Below, one piece after another: positions 1-8,552 of a stretch of DNA of 36,370 bases. The stretch covers positions 1 through 36,370 of the forward strand of contig JAGYNX010000002.1 in assembly GCA_018399855.1 (NCBI GenBank), in the 5' to 3' direction. How positions within the stretch are numbered: position 1 is the first letter of the stretch; each line of letters starts with the position of its first letter. A program made the translations under genes and the position numbers. This stretch comes from Spirochaetota bacterium (lineage in GTDB: Bacteria > Spirochaetota > UBA4802 > UB4802). The notes below the pieces were generated by a model that had not been told where the DNA came from, ran no database searches, and saw only the letters and a list, made by a program, of their open reading frames with translations.

Positions 1-866
1 ACCTGCTCGTTAATTATGGCGTTATCGCAATCAGCCACATCATCATCGATCTCAACCCCCCGGTTAACCGGTCCGGGGTGCATCACGATTATATCTTCCT
101 TGCACCGTTTCAGCCGTTCTCCGGTAAGAGCAAACTGGCGATGGTATTCTCTTATGGATGGAAAGAAAAAGCCCTGCTGCCGTTCACGCTGAATACGAAG
201 CATATTGATAACATCCAGGTGGGGCAGCACATCATCCAGGTTATATGAAATATCAACATCATATATTTTAAACTGGTCGGGTATAAGCGTCGGCGGCCCC
301 ACAAGTGTAACCCTGGCCCCCAGTCGTTTAAACACTTCGATATCCGATCGTGCAACCCTTGAGTGCAGTATATCACCAACAATCCCTATATGCAATCCTT
401 CCAGGGTTCCCCTTTTTTCAATAATTGAATATGCGTCAAGAAGTGCCTGTGTGGGATGGGCATGATACCCGTCTCCTGCGTTGATAACAGACGAGTTTAT
501 ATTCCGGGATAAAAAATGCGGCGCCAGTGACGCCGCATGTCTCATTACAATAAAATCAGCCTTATAGGCCTCAAGGGTATGCACGGTATCGATGAGGGAT
601 TCTCCCTTCACCACGCTTGATGTCCCCACCGAAATATTGATAATATCTGCAGAAAGACGCTTGGCTGCCAGTTCAAAGCTTATGCGGGTTCTGGTCGAAG
701 GCTCGTAAAAAAGCAGGCAAACCGTTTTACCTCTGAGTACTGGCACTGTTTTAATAGACCGCGTAAACAGGTCTTTAAAATAACGGGCTGAATTGCAGAT
801 AAGGTTTATTTCATCTGTGGTAATAGACTGGATATCAAGAATATCTTTACGTTGTAAACCGCTCAT
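1..866 (-). CDS. pyrB: aspartate carbamoyltransferase catalytic subunit (3' end runs off the left edge)
   Basis: This frame is open to the window edge and absent from the ORF track. My translation from ATG (complement of 864-866) reads MSGLQRKDILDIQ...FYEPSTRTRISFE...HAHPTQALLD...IVMHPGPVNRGVEI. STRTR, HPTQ and HPGP are the ATCase signature motifs. Confidence 0.9.
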   Translation of the reverse strand, partial: MSGLQRKDILDIQSITTDEINLICNSARYFKDLFTRSIKTVPVLRGKTVCLLFYEPSTRTRISFELAAKRLSADIINISVGTSSVVKGESLIDTVHTLEAYKADFIVMRHAASLAPHFLSRNINSSVINAGDGYHAHPTQALLDAYSIIEKRGTLEGLHIGIVGDILHSRVARSDIEVFKRLGARVTLVGPPTLIPDQFKIYDVDISYNLDDVLPHLDVINMLRIQRERQQGFFFPSIREYHRQFALTGERLKRCKEDIIVMHPGPVNRGVEIDDDVADCDNAIINEQ

Positions 867-1028
867 AACCCCACGTGCCGATGTTAAGTTAGGTTCACAT
901 ATACAGGCATGATCAATTATTTTCAATTACTTTTTCAACCCCGGCTTCACTGTTCTGAAAAATTCTTTACAATACCCTGCGCACCCCTGTAACATAGGTA
1001 TATCCTTCCCTCGATGGAGTATTACCGT

Positions 1029-1682
1029 ATGAATCATTATATAGCCTTTTATGACCTTGACATGACAATTCTCTCAACCAGCAGCGGAAAGTTATTCATC
1101 AAGTATCTTTTCCAGAAAGACCTCATCTCATCCCTTGATCTTATCACCGGCATGTATATCAGCCTCATGCATCGTGCTGGTTTCATACATTCAGATGCCA
1201 TTATCCGAAAGTGGGTTGCCAGGTTCATCGGCTGGAGTGAAAAATCAATGGAAGCCATGTCACGTGACTGGTTTTTGCACATGGTTAAACCCACCATACG
1301 GGATGATGCGGCTGAATCTATTCACTGGCACAACAGTAACGGTGCCAAAACGGTCATCCTTTCCGCGGCTACCCGCTTCATATGTGAACCAGTGCAGCAT
1401 ACACTTCACATAGATGATAGCATATGCACCGAGCTTGATATCAGAAAGGGTTCTTTTACCGGAAAGATTATCGGTGAGTACAATCACGGTGAAGAAAAAC
1501 TGAAAAGGGCCAGTGATTACTGCAACGAGAAAGGATACGATCTTCGCTCAGCCTACTACTACGCGGATTCAATATCAGATCTGCCTGTTTTAGAAAAGGT
1601 ACAACATCCTATGTGTGTAACGCCGGACAGGCTGTTGAGAAAAACAGCCAAAAAGAGAGGGTGGAAAATTCTTGATTGGTAA
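1029..1682 (+). CDS. HAD-superfamily subfamily IB hydrolase (SerB/phosphoserine phosphatase-like)
   Basis: ORF 1014..1682. It has an N-terminal FYDLDMTIL (DxDxT) motif and a C-terminal YYYADSISDLPVLE motif typical of HAD-IB. The ATG at 1029 has GGAG 9 nt upstream while 1014 has no SD, so 1029 is preferred; 1014 remains possible. Confidence 0.75.
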   Translation: MNHYIAFYDLDMTILSTSSGKLFIKYLFQKDLISSLDLITGMYISLMHRAGFIHSDAIIRKWVARFIGWSEKSMEAMSRDWFLHMVKPTIRDDAAESIHWHNSNGAKTVILSAATRFICEPVQHTLHIDDSICTELDIRKGSFTGKIIGEYNHGEEKLKRASDYCNEKGYDLRSAYYYADSISDLPVLEKVQHPMCVTPDRLLRKTAKKRGWKILDW

Positions 1683-1684
1683 TT

Positions 1685-1713
1685 ATTCCGGCGGGCTTAC
1701 AACCCGCCGGAAT
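1685..1713. terminator. GC-rich hairpin between convergent genes (probable bidirectional terminator)
   Basis: ATTCCGGCGGG (1685-1695) and CCCGCCGGAAT (1703-1713) form a perfect 11-bp stem with a 7-nt loop. It lies 2 nt after the HAD stop and 6 nt after the PEPCK stop. The U-tracts are weak. Confidence 0.55.
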
Positions 1714-1719
1714 AACATA

Positions 1720-3585
1720 TTATTCAAAGCTGGAAGGTGAAATAATATCAATGCCATATTCATTCTTGGCGTCAACCAGCCGCTTTTTCAGCATTGCCAT
1801 TGATTCCTTGAAAGTCTGCGGTACAAACTCTTCTCCCGCATATACCTTTCCCATACGGTCAATCTTATCAAGATACATATTCACACGTATAGCGAAGGAA
1901 TCTTCATATTTTTCTCGTGTAAGGTTCTTTCCAAAAACCTCTGAAAATAATTTCTTTATGTCCTCGTATTTTGGTATGTATCCCACCGGGGTCTCGATGG
2001 CATCATATTCACCATGAACACGACCTTCCATCCAGTATATCCATACTTTTTTATCGATTTTGTCATAATAAAATTTATTGTCAGGATCTTTCAAAAAGTA
2101 ATTGGTAGCAAACACAAGGGGGGTTTCTTTCAGCATATCCCCGAATTTCAGATGATTCTCGATATACTTCCCAAGTGGTACAACAAGAAAATCCATGTTT
2201 GCCATGGGACTGTGATTCCGTACTCCTACCGCCCCAAGAGTTGCCGCGGTACTCTCTGATTCAAGTGTTGATCCGATGAGGACACCATGCTGCCAGTCAA
2301 GACTCTGGTACACCGGAACCGAGGTATCCGAATCCCGACCGCCGTAAATTATGGCATGTACCGGTACACCTTCCGGATCATGCAGCTTCTCGTCAACGTT
2401 TTCCAGGTCCTCAATTCTTACCGTATACCTTGCATTTTTATGAGCGGGACCAACTTCCTTCCCGCTCTCGTCTTTCATCCCCTTTTTCCATTCACCGTGA
2501 TGGTTAATCCCCTCATCCGGCAATTCCTGTCCCATGCCAAGCCAGTATGGTTTCCCATCATTCACCAGTATATTGGAGAATATCAGTTCTCTTGGCGTAG
2601 TCAGAGTTTCATAAATGAGTGGATCATCATCAGGATTCACATCCTCAATAATACCAAATATTCCCTGCTCAATGTTTACCGCGTACGCATAGCCGTCTTT
2701 CCCTTCCCTGAGATAAGCGATATCATCACCTATTATTGTCTGTCCGGGAATCATGGCTGTTGAAGTTTTTCCGCATGCGCTGGGGAAAGCACCGGTAAAA
2801 TAGGTCTTCCTGTTCTTCCCTGCAACCTGTACACCCATTACGAACATATGCTCGGTAAGCCAGTCTTCATTATTCGCCTTGTAGATTGCAAGACGCAATG
2901 CAAGCTTTTTAAGCCCCAGGCTGTTACCCGCGTACTGATTATTCATGGTGAACACCCTGTTGCCGGTTACATCAATATAAATACGTCTTTTGTCGATATC
3001 AATACTTTTGCAACGTTCATCCAGCTTGCCGGCTGAATGCACCAGGTAGAAAAATTCATCAGAACCATTAAGATTTTTAAACTGCTGGTACCCTGAACGA
3101 TACAGGATGTCTTCACTGTGTGCAACGTAAGATGAGTCTGTTATCTGAAGGGCCGGAATCGAAAACCTTGAGTTCAGTGGTCCAAGGCAGAAAAACCGCA
3201 CCAGGACCTCTTTCCCCTCCATTATGCCATCCATAATGTCATATATCTCGGTTATCCCTGTTTCCCTGTCAAGTGTATTGATAACCTTGCTCATCTTCAT
3301 ATCCGGCGTCACAAGCACCTTGGTGTTGGCCTTGTCTCTTGCCTGGTCGGAGTAGCCGTCGAAATGTACCGTATGCCCTTTTGTGGCAAGAGGTGTTTCT
3401 TCACCATTTTTTTTGGCCAGGTTACGCACATATTCGATGTCTTCACTGCTATCGGTTATTACCGTCACTTTGGCAGGTTTCATCATGTTAATATACTTCT
3501 CTACCACCTCTTCCACGTGTGGATTGTTCAGATCATTGATTTTCTGCGCATTGGCCGCATCCAGAACTGCTGTATCAATGTTCAT
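1720..3585 (-). CDS. pckG: phosphoenolpyruvate carboxykinase (GTP)
   Basis: The 645-aa ORF carries the FPSACGKTS kinase-1a motif and has the length and organisation of GTP-PEPCK. The start is likely the internal ATG at 3585 (MNIDTAV...), preceded by GGGGG 6 nt upstream. The ORF-track start at 3657 has no SD. Confidence 0.9.
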   Translation of the reverse strand: MNIDTAVLDAANAQKINDLNNPHVEEVVEKYINMMKPAKVTVITDSSEDIEYVRNLAKKNGEETPLATKGHTVHFDGYSDQARDKANTKVLVTPDMKMSKVINTLDRETGITEIYDIMDGIMEGKEVLVRFFCLGPLNSRFSIPALQITDSSYVAHSEDILYRSGYQQFKNLNGSDEFFYLVHSAGKLDERCKSIDIDKRRIYIDVTGNRVFTMNNQYAGNSLGLKKLALRLAIYKANNEDWLTEHMFVMGVQVAGKNRKTYFTGAFPSACGKTSTAMIPGQTIIGDDIAYLREGKDGYAYAVNIEQGIFGIIEDVNPDDDPLIYETLTTPRELIFSNILVNDGKPYWLGMGQELPDEGINHHGEWKKGMKDESGKEVGPAHKNARYTVRIEDLENVDEKLHDPEGVPVHAIIYGGRDSDTSVPVYQSLDWQHGVLIGSTLESESTAATLGAVGVRNHSPMANMDFLVVPLGKYIENHLKFGDMLKETPLVFATNYFLKDPDNKFYYDKIDKKVWIYWMEGRVHGEYDAIETPVGYIPKYEDIKKLFSEVFGKNLTREKYEDSFAIRVNMYLDKIDRMGKVYAGEEFVPQTFKESMAMLKKRLVDAKNEYGIDIISPSSFE

Positions 3586-3864
3586 GTGTACCCCCTGTAT
3601 ATTCTTAATATTGTAAATTTTCAAACAGTATATATTAATCCCACCCGTCCCTGGCATAAGAACAACCTATGTCAGCACGCACGCTCCGTGTATGTATATT
3701 AATCTAATAAATTGCACACGTAATAAATACTGGTGTATTCCTGTAACGGAACGGGGACATGTGGGAGAACGCTGTTATCTTTCAATGGCAATTTTCAGAG
3801 TATCAGAAATTTATACAAGCACTTTTTAAAAAGATACCTGCAACACCAGGAAAGATCAATAAAA

Positions 3865-5511
3865 TTACTGTTCATACTTTTGTGCGATGGGTATCCTTCT
3901 GCCTATCCCAAATGCTTTTGATGTCACCTTTATCCCGGGCGGGGCCTGTCTGCGCTTGTATTCGTTTCGATCAACAGTTTTCAGAATACTTTTTACCATT
4001 TCTTCCTGAAATCCTTCTTCTATGATTTCACTGGCAGAACATTTACGCTCTATGTACAGTTCCAGCACCTGGTCAAGAAGATCATAAGGTGGCAGGCTGT
4101 CTTCATCCTTCTGGTTCTCCCTGAGCTCGGCAGAGGGAGCTTTCTCTATAGTCTCCCATGGGATAATTTCCCTTTCACTGTTAATGTGCCTGGAAAGTGA
4201 ATACACCATCGTTTTGGGAAGATCCGACAGTACCGCAAGCCCCCCTGCCATATCACCGTATATCGTACAGTATCCCATGGCAAGCTCTGACTTGTTTCCC
4301 GTAGTCAGGGGCAGCCGGCCAAACTTATTGCTGACAGCCATGATTATGTTACTCCTGATACGGGCCTGCAGGTTCTCTTCCGTGATATCCATGGGCAGTC
4401 CCTTCATAAGCGGGACCAGTTCTTCAAGAAAAAGATCATACATTTTTTTGATTGGTACCGACTCAACAGAAATGCCAAGATTTTTGCCAAGCATGAATGA
4501 GTGATCAACACTTCCCTTCGAAGAATATTTTGAAGGCATGGTGATTCCCATTACGTTTTCCGGCCCAAGAGCTTCAACAGCCAGAGTGGCGGTCAGTGCC
4601 GAATCGATCCCTCCTGAAAGCCCAATCACCACCTGTGAGAATCCGCATTTGTGTATGTAATCCCGTATGCCCAGGACCAGGGCCTTCCGTATATCCTCCA
4701 TATCACGTTCCAGTGGAGAGGGTAACAGGTTTTTACTTTCCAGGTCTACAACCAGCAATTCTTCTTCAAATCCTGAAGCCATTGCGGTAAACTCTCCCTT
4801 TTTGTTTACCATGAAACTGTTGCCGTCAAACACCAGGCTGTCGTTGCCACCCACCTGGTTTACATACACAACCGGTACACCGCTTATCCCGGCCAGCTTT
4901 GAGATACGCGACCATTTCATGGTATTTTTCCCCTTCACGTATGGAGAGGCAGATATATTCACTATGTATTCTACATCTGAATCCAGAAGATTCTGTACGG
5001 GATCAACAGAGTATCGCCTGTTTTCCATGAAGCGGTCACCGCTTACGCTCATATCATTCCATATATCTTCACAAATAGTAATTCCGATACTTGTTTCGTG
5101 TACCATGACAGTATGCTGCTCTTTAGCGGGTGAAAAGTATCGCTGTTCGTCGAACACATCATAGGTGGGCAATAATGTTTTGTAATGCCTTGATATCATC
5201 TCACCATCATGAATAAATGCCGCCGCGTTAAACAACATGGGTGGATTATCCGCATCAAAATCTACATACCCGCAAATCACATATATGTCTTTGCTGGCAG
5301 CCACAATCTTCTGCAGGCCTTCAAGGTTATCTTTTATCAATTTTCTATGCTCAAGAAGATCCATCGGGGGATAGCCGATAATAGCCATCTCGGGGAATAC
5401 TACCAGGTCAGCATTACTATCCCTGGCTTTTCTAATATACTCAATAATTTTATCGGTATTTGCACCAACTTGCCCTATTGTGGGATTGACCTGTCCAATT
5501 GCTATTTTCAT
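3865..5511 (-). CDS. nadE: glutamine-dependent NAD+ synthetase
   Basis: 548 aa. The N-terminal CN-hydrolase domain has ITICEDIWN (catalytic Cys). The C-terminal NAD synthetase domain has the PP-loop GLSGGIDSAL. Confidence 0.9.
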   Translation of the reverse strand: MKIAIGQVNPTIGQVGANTDKIIEYIRKARDSNADLVVFPEMAIIGYPPMDLLEHRKLIKDNLEGLQKIVAASKDIYVICGYVDFDADNPPMLFNAAAFIHDGEMISRHYKTLLPTYDVFDEQRYFSPAKEQHTVMVHETSIGITICEDIWNDMSVSGDRFMENRRYSVDPVQNLLDSDVEYIVNISASPYVKGKNTMKWSRISKLAGISGVPVVYVNQVGGNDSLVFDGNSFMVNKKGEFTAMASGFEEELLVVDLESKNLLPSPLERDMEDIRKALVLGIRDYIHKCGFSQVVIGLSGGIDSALTATLAVEALGPENVMGITMPSKYSSKGSVDHSFMLGKNLGISVESVPIKKMYDLFLEELVPLMKGLPMDITEENLQARIRSNIIMAVSNKFGRLPLTTGNKSELAMGYCTIYGDMAGGLAVLSDLPKTMVYSLSRHINSEREIIPWETIEKAPSAELRENQKDEDSLPPYDLLDQVLELYIERKCSASEIIEEGFQEEMVKSILKTVDRNEYKRRQAPPGIKVTSKAFGIGRRIPIAQKYEQ

Positions 5512-5523
5512 TAGTTTCCCCGG

Positions 5524-6891
5524 TTACCTCAATATACCATACTCCCTGGTAGTTTTTCGTATAAACTCTTCTATAGTCGTATCTATAAGGGCTTTCATAA
5601 CAGGGTCTTCTTCAGTACCGTATATCCTGTACAATCCAAGTAATGCACCTGAATCCCCAATTTTTTGAATTGAATACAACGCTGCTGAACGCACGTATCG
5701 GCTATCATCTTGTTCCATCACGCGTAAAAGAGAGGTAACTACCTCACTTCCATGGAACACACCAAGGGCACAGGCAGTCTCTGCCCTTACCCTGTATTCA
5801 TCGTCATTAAGGGCCTTGAGAAGAAAGGGTATTGCCTTCTTCTCACCGATGGTTCCCATAGCACAGGCTGCCTCAATACGAAGAACTACGCTTGGATCAT
5901 CTTCAATGATTCCGCGTAATCCCCTCGCATCCCCCATTTCCCGAATAGCCGCAAGGGTTTGAATAATATGCAACTTCACATGATGTTCTGTTTCTTTAAT
6001 AAGCTGCCGGGAAAGAGGCCATGCTGATTTTCCATACCCCAGCCGGTTAAGTGCCACAACCGCCGCATCACGCACCTGTTCATGTTCATCTGAAAGATTT
6101 CTCACAAAGGTACTATAAGAGCGGCGATCATTGAAATCTGAAAGCAGGTTCATGGCCCGAACCCGTACCTCATAATTTTCATCATTCATGGCTGCCTTAC
6201 GTACATAAGGCAGGCTTTTGTCGATAGAATTCTCCTGTATACACTCAAGTACTGAATACCGAATTGATTTGTTCTGATCATCTAAAAGAGACATGAGCAT
6301 GTAGTACAGTCGACTATCGTAAATATGCATCATAGCTTCAACCGCGTACATCCTGTATACCGGGTTATCATCCTTTGCCATGGTAATAATAAAAGGGAAA
6401 ACCCTGTCATCACCATAGTTACTGAGTGCTGTTGCTGCACTTTCCCTTACGGTATAAAAAGGTGAACGCAAAAGCGGTATAAGCTCAGGTACCACACTGC
6501 GGTTCCTCATACTTGCAAGAGACTGGATAACCTGCTTCTTTATGATGAATGATTCGCTACTATCAAGCAATGATGTCCATATTTTAATCATCCTGTTATT
6601 GTTATATTGGCGCAATCCCCGAATGGCACGAATTTTAACATCGTTCTGTTTTCCTGATACCACCACTTTCACAAGTTTTTTAATACATCCCTCCGGCTGG
6701 GTACGAGCAATAATATCCAGGGCATCTTCATGATTTTTTTCATCACTACTCAGCACATTACTTATTATTGTATCTGGACATTTCTCTTTTGCCTCCAACA
6801 TTTCTCCCCCGGAAGACAGCAGCAACAGGAATGCTGAAACCGGGCACACTACCAGACGAATTATAAAGCTGTTTCTTCTTTTCATTTCCAT
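5524..6891 (-). CDS. HEAT-repeat protein with N-terminal signal/anchor
   Basis: 455 aa. The N-terminus is hydrophobic (FIIRLVVCPVSAFLLLLSS). It is followed by many repeats of about 31 aa of the PBS-lyase HEAT type (..D.VR..A..ALG..). The gene ends 12 nt before the nadE start. Confidence 0.7.
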   Translation of the reverse strand: MEMKRRNSFIIRLVVCPVSAFLLLLSSGGEMLEAKEKCPDTIISNVLSSDEKNHEDALDIIARTQPEGCIKKLVKVVVSGKQNDVKIRAIRGLRQYNNNRMIKIWTSLLDSSESFIIKKQVIQSLASMRNRSVVPELIPLLRSPFYTVRESAATALSNYGDDRVFPFIITMAKDDNPVYRMYAVEAMMHIYDSRLYYMLMSLLDDQNKSIRYSVLECIQENSIDKSLPYVRKAAMNDENYEVRVRAMNLLSDFNDRRSYSTFVRNLSDEHEQVRDAAVVALNRLGYGKSAWPLSRQLIKETEHHVKLHIIQTLAAIREMGDARGLRGIIEDDPSVVLRIEAACAMGTIGEKKAIPFLLKALNDDEYRVRAETACALGVFHGSEVVTSLLRVMEQDDSRYVRSAALYSIQKIGDSGALLGLYRIYGTEEDPVMKALIDTTIEEFIRKTTREYGILR

Positions 6892-6952
6892 TCATATACC
6901 CTAATTTTCTACCATAAATGAAGAAAGCTCATTAATGTCATTTATTTTCAAT

Positions 6953-6981
6953 AAAAAAACCCGGAATATATCCGGGTTTTT
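6953..6981. terminator. rho-independent terminator downstream of the TetR gene (bidirectional shape)
   Basis: The sequence is A7-CCCGG-aatatat-CCGGG-T5. On the minus strand the hairpin is followed by a run of 7 T. Confidence 0.65.
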
Positions 6982-7007
6982 AATATTTCATTTATTCGTA
7001 AATCCAG

Positions 7008-7616
7008 TTACTTGGACACACCAGCCAGGTAATTACTCACAACAGAATTAATGATTTCTTTATCCAGAATATCCTTATCCAGCCTGTCAAACTGGTATAC
7101 CATGAACATGACCGCCCCGATCAGCATGACGGCAGTAACCTCGGGATTTAATCCTTTCTTGTATATACCTTTTTTCTTGATTTCGTCAATGTCTCTCTGG
7201 ACCACCTGCACGATATAATCAAGGAATTTCTGTACACGGTCTGTTACTTCTTCGTCAATTCCAACTATATCCTTAAAAATCAGTTTAATAACTATCGGCT
7301 CACTGATAATCACACTGATACATTCACCAACCCGCTCGGTATTGAACTTTACCAGCTCTTTCTGAGAAGGATTTGTTTTTAAAAAATCTTTTAAATCATC
7401 AGGATCAAGTATGTCATCTATCTTTTCTTCAATGGATTCAAGTATTGCATACAGTATTTCTCTCTTATTCCCAAAATACTGATATACTGTTCCTCTTGCA
7501 ATATTCAGCTCTTCACAGACCTGACCTATATGGGTACTCTGGAAACCCCTGTCAATAAACATCACTTTCGCGGTGTCAATGATCTGCTGTTTTCTCTTTT
7601 GTCCCTTGGCTGGCAT
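7008..7616 (-). CDS. TetR/AcrR family transcriptional regulator
   Basis: 202 aa. The N-terminal HTH is FQSTHIGQVCEELNIARGTVYQYFGNKREIL. AAGGAG lies 9 nt upstream of the ATG. Confidence 0.85.
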   Translation of the reverse strand: MPAKGQKRKQQIIDTAKVMFIDRGFQSTHIGQVCEELNIARGTVYQYFGNKREILYAILESIEEKIDDILDPDDLKDFLKTNPSQKELVKFNTERVGECISVIISEPIVIKLIFKDIVGIDEEVTDRVQKFLDYIVQVVQRDIDEIKKKGIYKKGLNPEVTAVMLIGAVMFMVYQFDRLDKDILDKEIINSVVSNYLAGVSK

Positions 7617-7635
7617 TAGGTAACACTCCTTTTTC

Positions 7636-7656
7636 TAATAATGGGTATCATTATTA
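7636..7656. promoter_or_regulatory. perfect 8-bp inverted repeat just upstream of the TetR RBS (candidate operator or small hairpin)
   Basis: TAATAATG-ggtat-CATTATTA. The position is suggestive of TetR autoregulation, but there is no direct evidence. Confidence 0.25.
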
Positions 7657-7661
7657 CCGTA

Positions 7662-7772
7662 CTATTTATAATTCGAACATTTAATACGCTTAATTTCCTT
7701 ACTGATGGGGTCCAGGGATTCTTTCAGTTCCCGCATCATTTTGTCTGCCCTGTCCTGTATCTCTTTACTCAT
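7662..7772 (-). CDS. possible 36-aa small ORF upstream of the TetR gene
   Basis: My translation is MSKEIQDRADKMMRELKESLDPISKEIKRIKCSNYK*. It is below the ORF-track cutoff, hydrophilic and helical-looking. It has only a weak GGG upstream and could be a chance ORF. Confidence 0.15.
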   Translation of the reverse strand: MSKEIQDRADKMMRELKESLDPISKEIKRIKCSNYK

Positions 7773-8129
7773 ACATTTACCCGTATTATAAATAAATATT
7801 CGATGCTTATTAACTTATCGATTATTTGTCTATTATACTTAACAATACCATGTTGTTGTAGATATACAAAATAAATTTATTATATACAAAATATTTTTCA
7901 ATAAACGTAATATTCTGCAGTCCTGTAAGATTATTCAATCACGAAGTGTCAACAGGGTACCAAACAGTAAAGAATATTTTTATAGATATATAAACATTAA
8001 AGTAAATGTGGGGGTAGTCAACAACTTTTTAAATATTTCTTTATGTTATAATGCAACATATCAGCTATATAATATATGTAGACTGTAGTAGGCGTTTTAA
8101 CCCGGTATGTTCAAATCTTTCGGCAAAGA

Positions 8130-8366
8130 TTATGCCCTGGCGTTAATATTACGGCCGCTCTGACCAGCTGAATCAATAGTTGTCAGCCCCCTGGCGCCAA
8201 CTATGAGGTAAAGGAAACTCTTCATTTCATCAAGATTCATGAGCACATTTTCATAATTGAAAGAATCAATTTTCTTTACCTGGCTGGAGAGATCCGCAGT
8301 ACTTTCCAGGTTATTCTGCCTGTTGATATGTGGTGTTACGTGTAAATTGTATTCCATTACTCTCAT
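8130..8366 (-). CDS. orphan small protein (78 aa), unknown function
   Basis: A strong AGGAGGTG SD lies 5 nt upstream of the ATG. It is the only credible ORF in the AT-rich island 7617-8552. I recognise no family. Confidence 0.55.
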   Translation of the reverse strand: MRVMEYNLHVTPHINRQNNLESTADLSSQVKKIDSFNYENVLMNLDEMKSFLYLIVGARGLTTIDSAGQSGRNINARA

Positions 8367-8387
8367 TTCTACACCTCCTGTGTAGAA
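8367..8387 (-). promoter_or_regulatory. 5'-UTR hairpin presenting the SD (AGGAG) in its loop, abutting the start codon
   Basis: On the mRNA strand the sequence is TTCTACAC-aggag-GTGTAGAA followed directly by ATG. This is a perfect 8-bp stem with a 5-nt loop. Confidence 0.35.
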
Positions 8388-8484
8388 TAGTTTCTATATA
8401 TATTTTCGGCTTTTTTTAATAATATTAATCAAAAATTTTATTTTTTTATACTTTTCGGTTTTCTGGGAAATATTTGAAAGGATC

Positions 8485-8544
8485 ACCACAGAAGCGCAGA
8501 GGGACAGAGGAAGTGTGTTAAAGGATTAACGCAAAGGCGCTAAG
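8485..8544 (+). repeat. REP-like purine-rich intergenic element, copy A
   Basis: ACCACAGAAGCGCAGAGGGACAGAGGAAGTGTGTTAAAGGATTAACGCAAAGGCGCTAAG. It is 57/60 identical to copy B. Confidence 0.85.
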
Positions 8545-8552
8545 AAGAAAGT

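Noticed and set aside
3586-3657. N-terminal extensions suggested by the longest-ORF track for pckG (3657), surE (10030), the amidohydrolase (24406), gyrB (32152) and the Cys-rich gene (19959).
   Set aside because: In each case an internal ATG gives the family-typical N-terminus. That ATG has a better SD or avoids overlap with a divergent gene or promoter. The extensions are probably not translated.
3586-3864. The 280-nt spacer upstream of the PEPCK gene was examined for a riboswitch, leader or small ORF. The ORF-track entries 3733-3921 and 3759-4025 lie here.
   Set aside because: I recognise no conserved riboswitch core. The plus-strand ORFs overlap the nadE 3' end, lack SD sequences and have implausible composition. 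Only an ordinary promoter-like TTGAAA-N17-TATACA is seen close to the ATG.
8044-8052. Extended -10 element TGTTATAAT on the plus strand, which would drive an RNA antisense to the 78-aa ORF (type I toxin-antitoxin idea).
   Set aside because: TATAAT-like strings are expected by chance in DNA this AT-rich. No downstream terminator is visible on the plus strand. The 78-aa product has no hydrophobic helix typical of type I toxins.
8104-8125. GTTCAAATC resembling a tRNA or tmRNA T-loop near the end of the AT-rich island.
   Set aside because: The flanks do not form a T-stem (GTATG against CTTTC). There is no acceptor stem, anticodon arm or CCA-proximal pairing nearby. No tRNA or tmRNA can be built.
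8525-8540. GGATTAACGCAAAGGCGC inside the repeat resembles the GGACGCAAAGCC core of the GEMM-I c-di-GMP riboswitch.
   Set aside because: The same string recurs in several copies in both orientations and not in 5' leaders. The rest of the GEMM-I architecture (P1 and P2 with GNRA tetraloop and receptor) is absent. It is better explained as part of a dispersed repeat.
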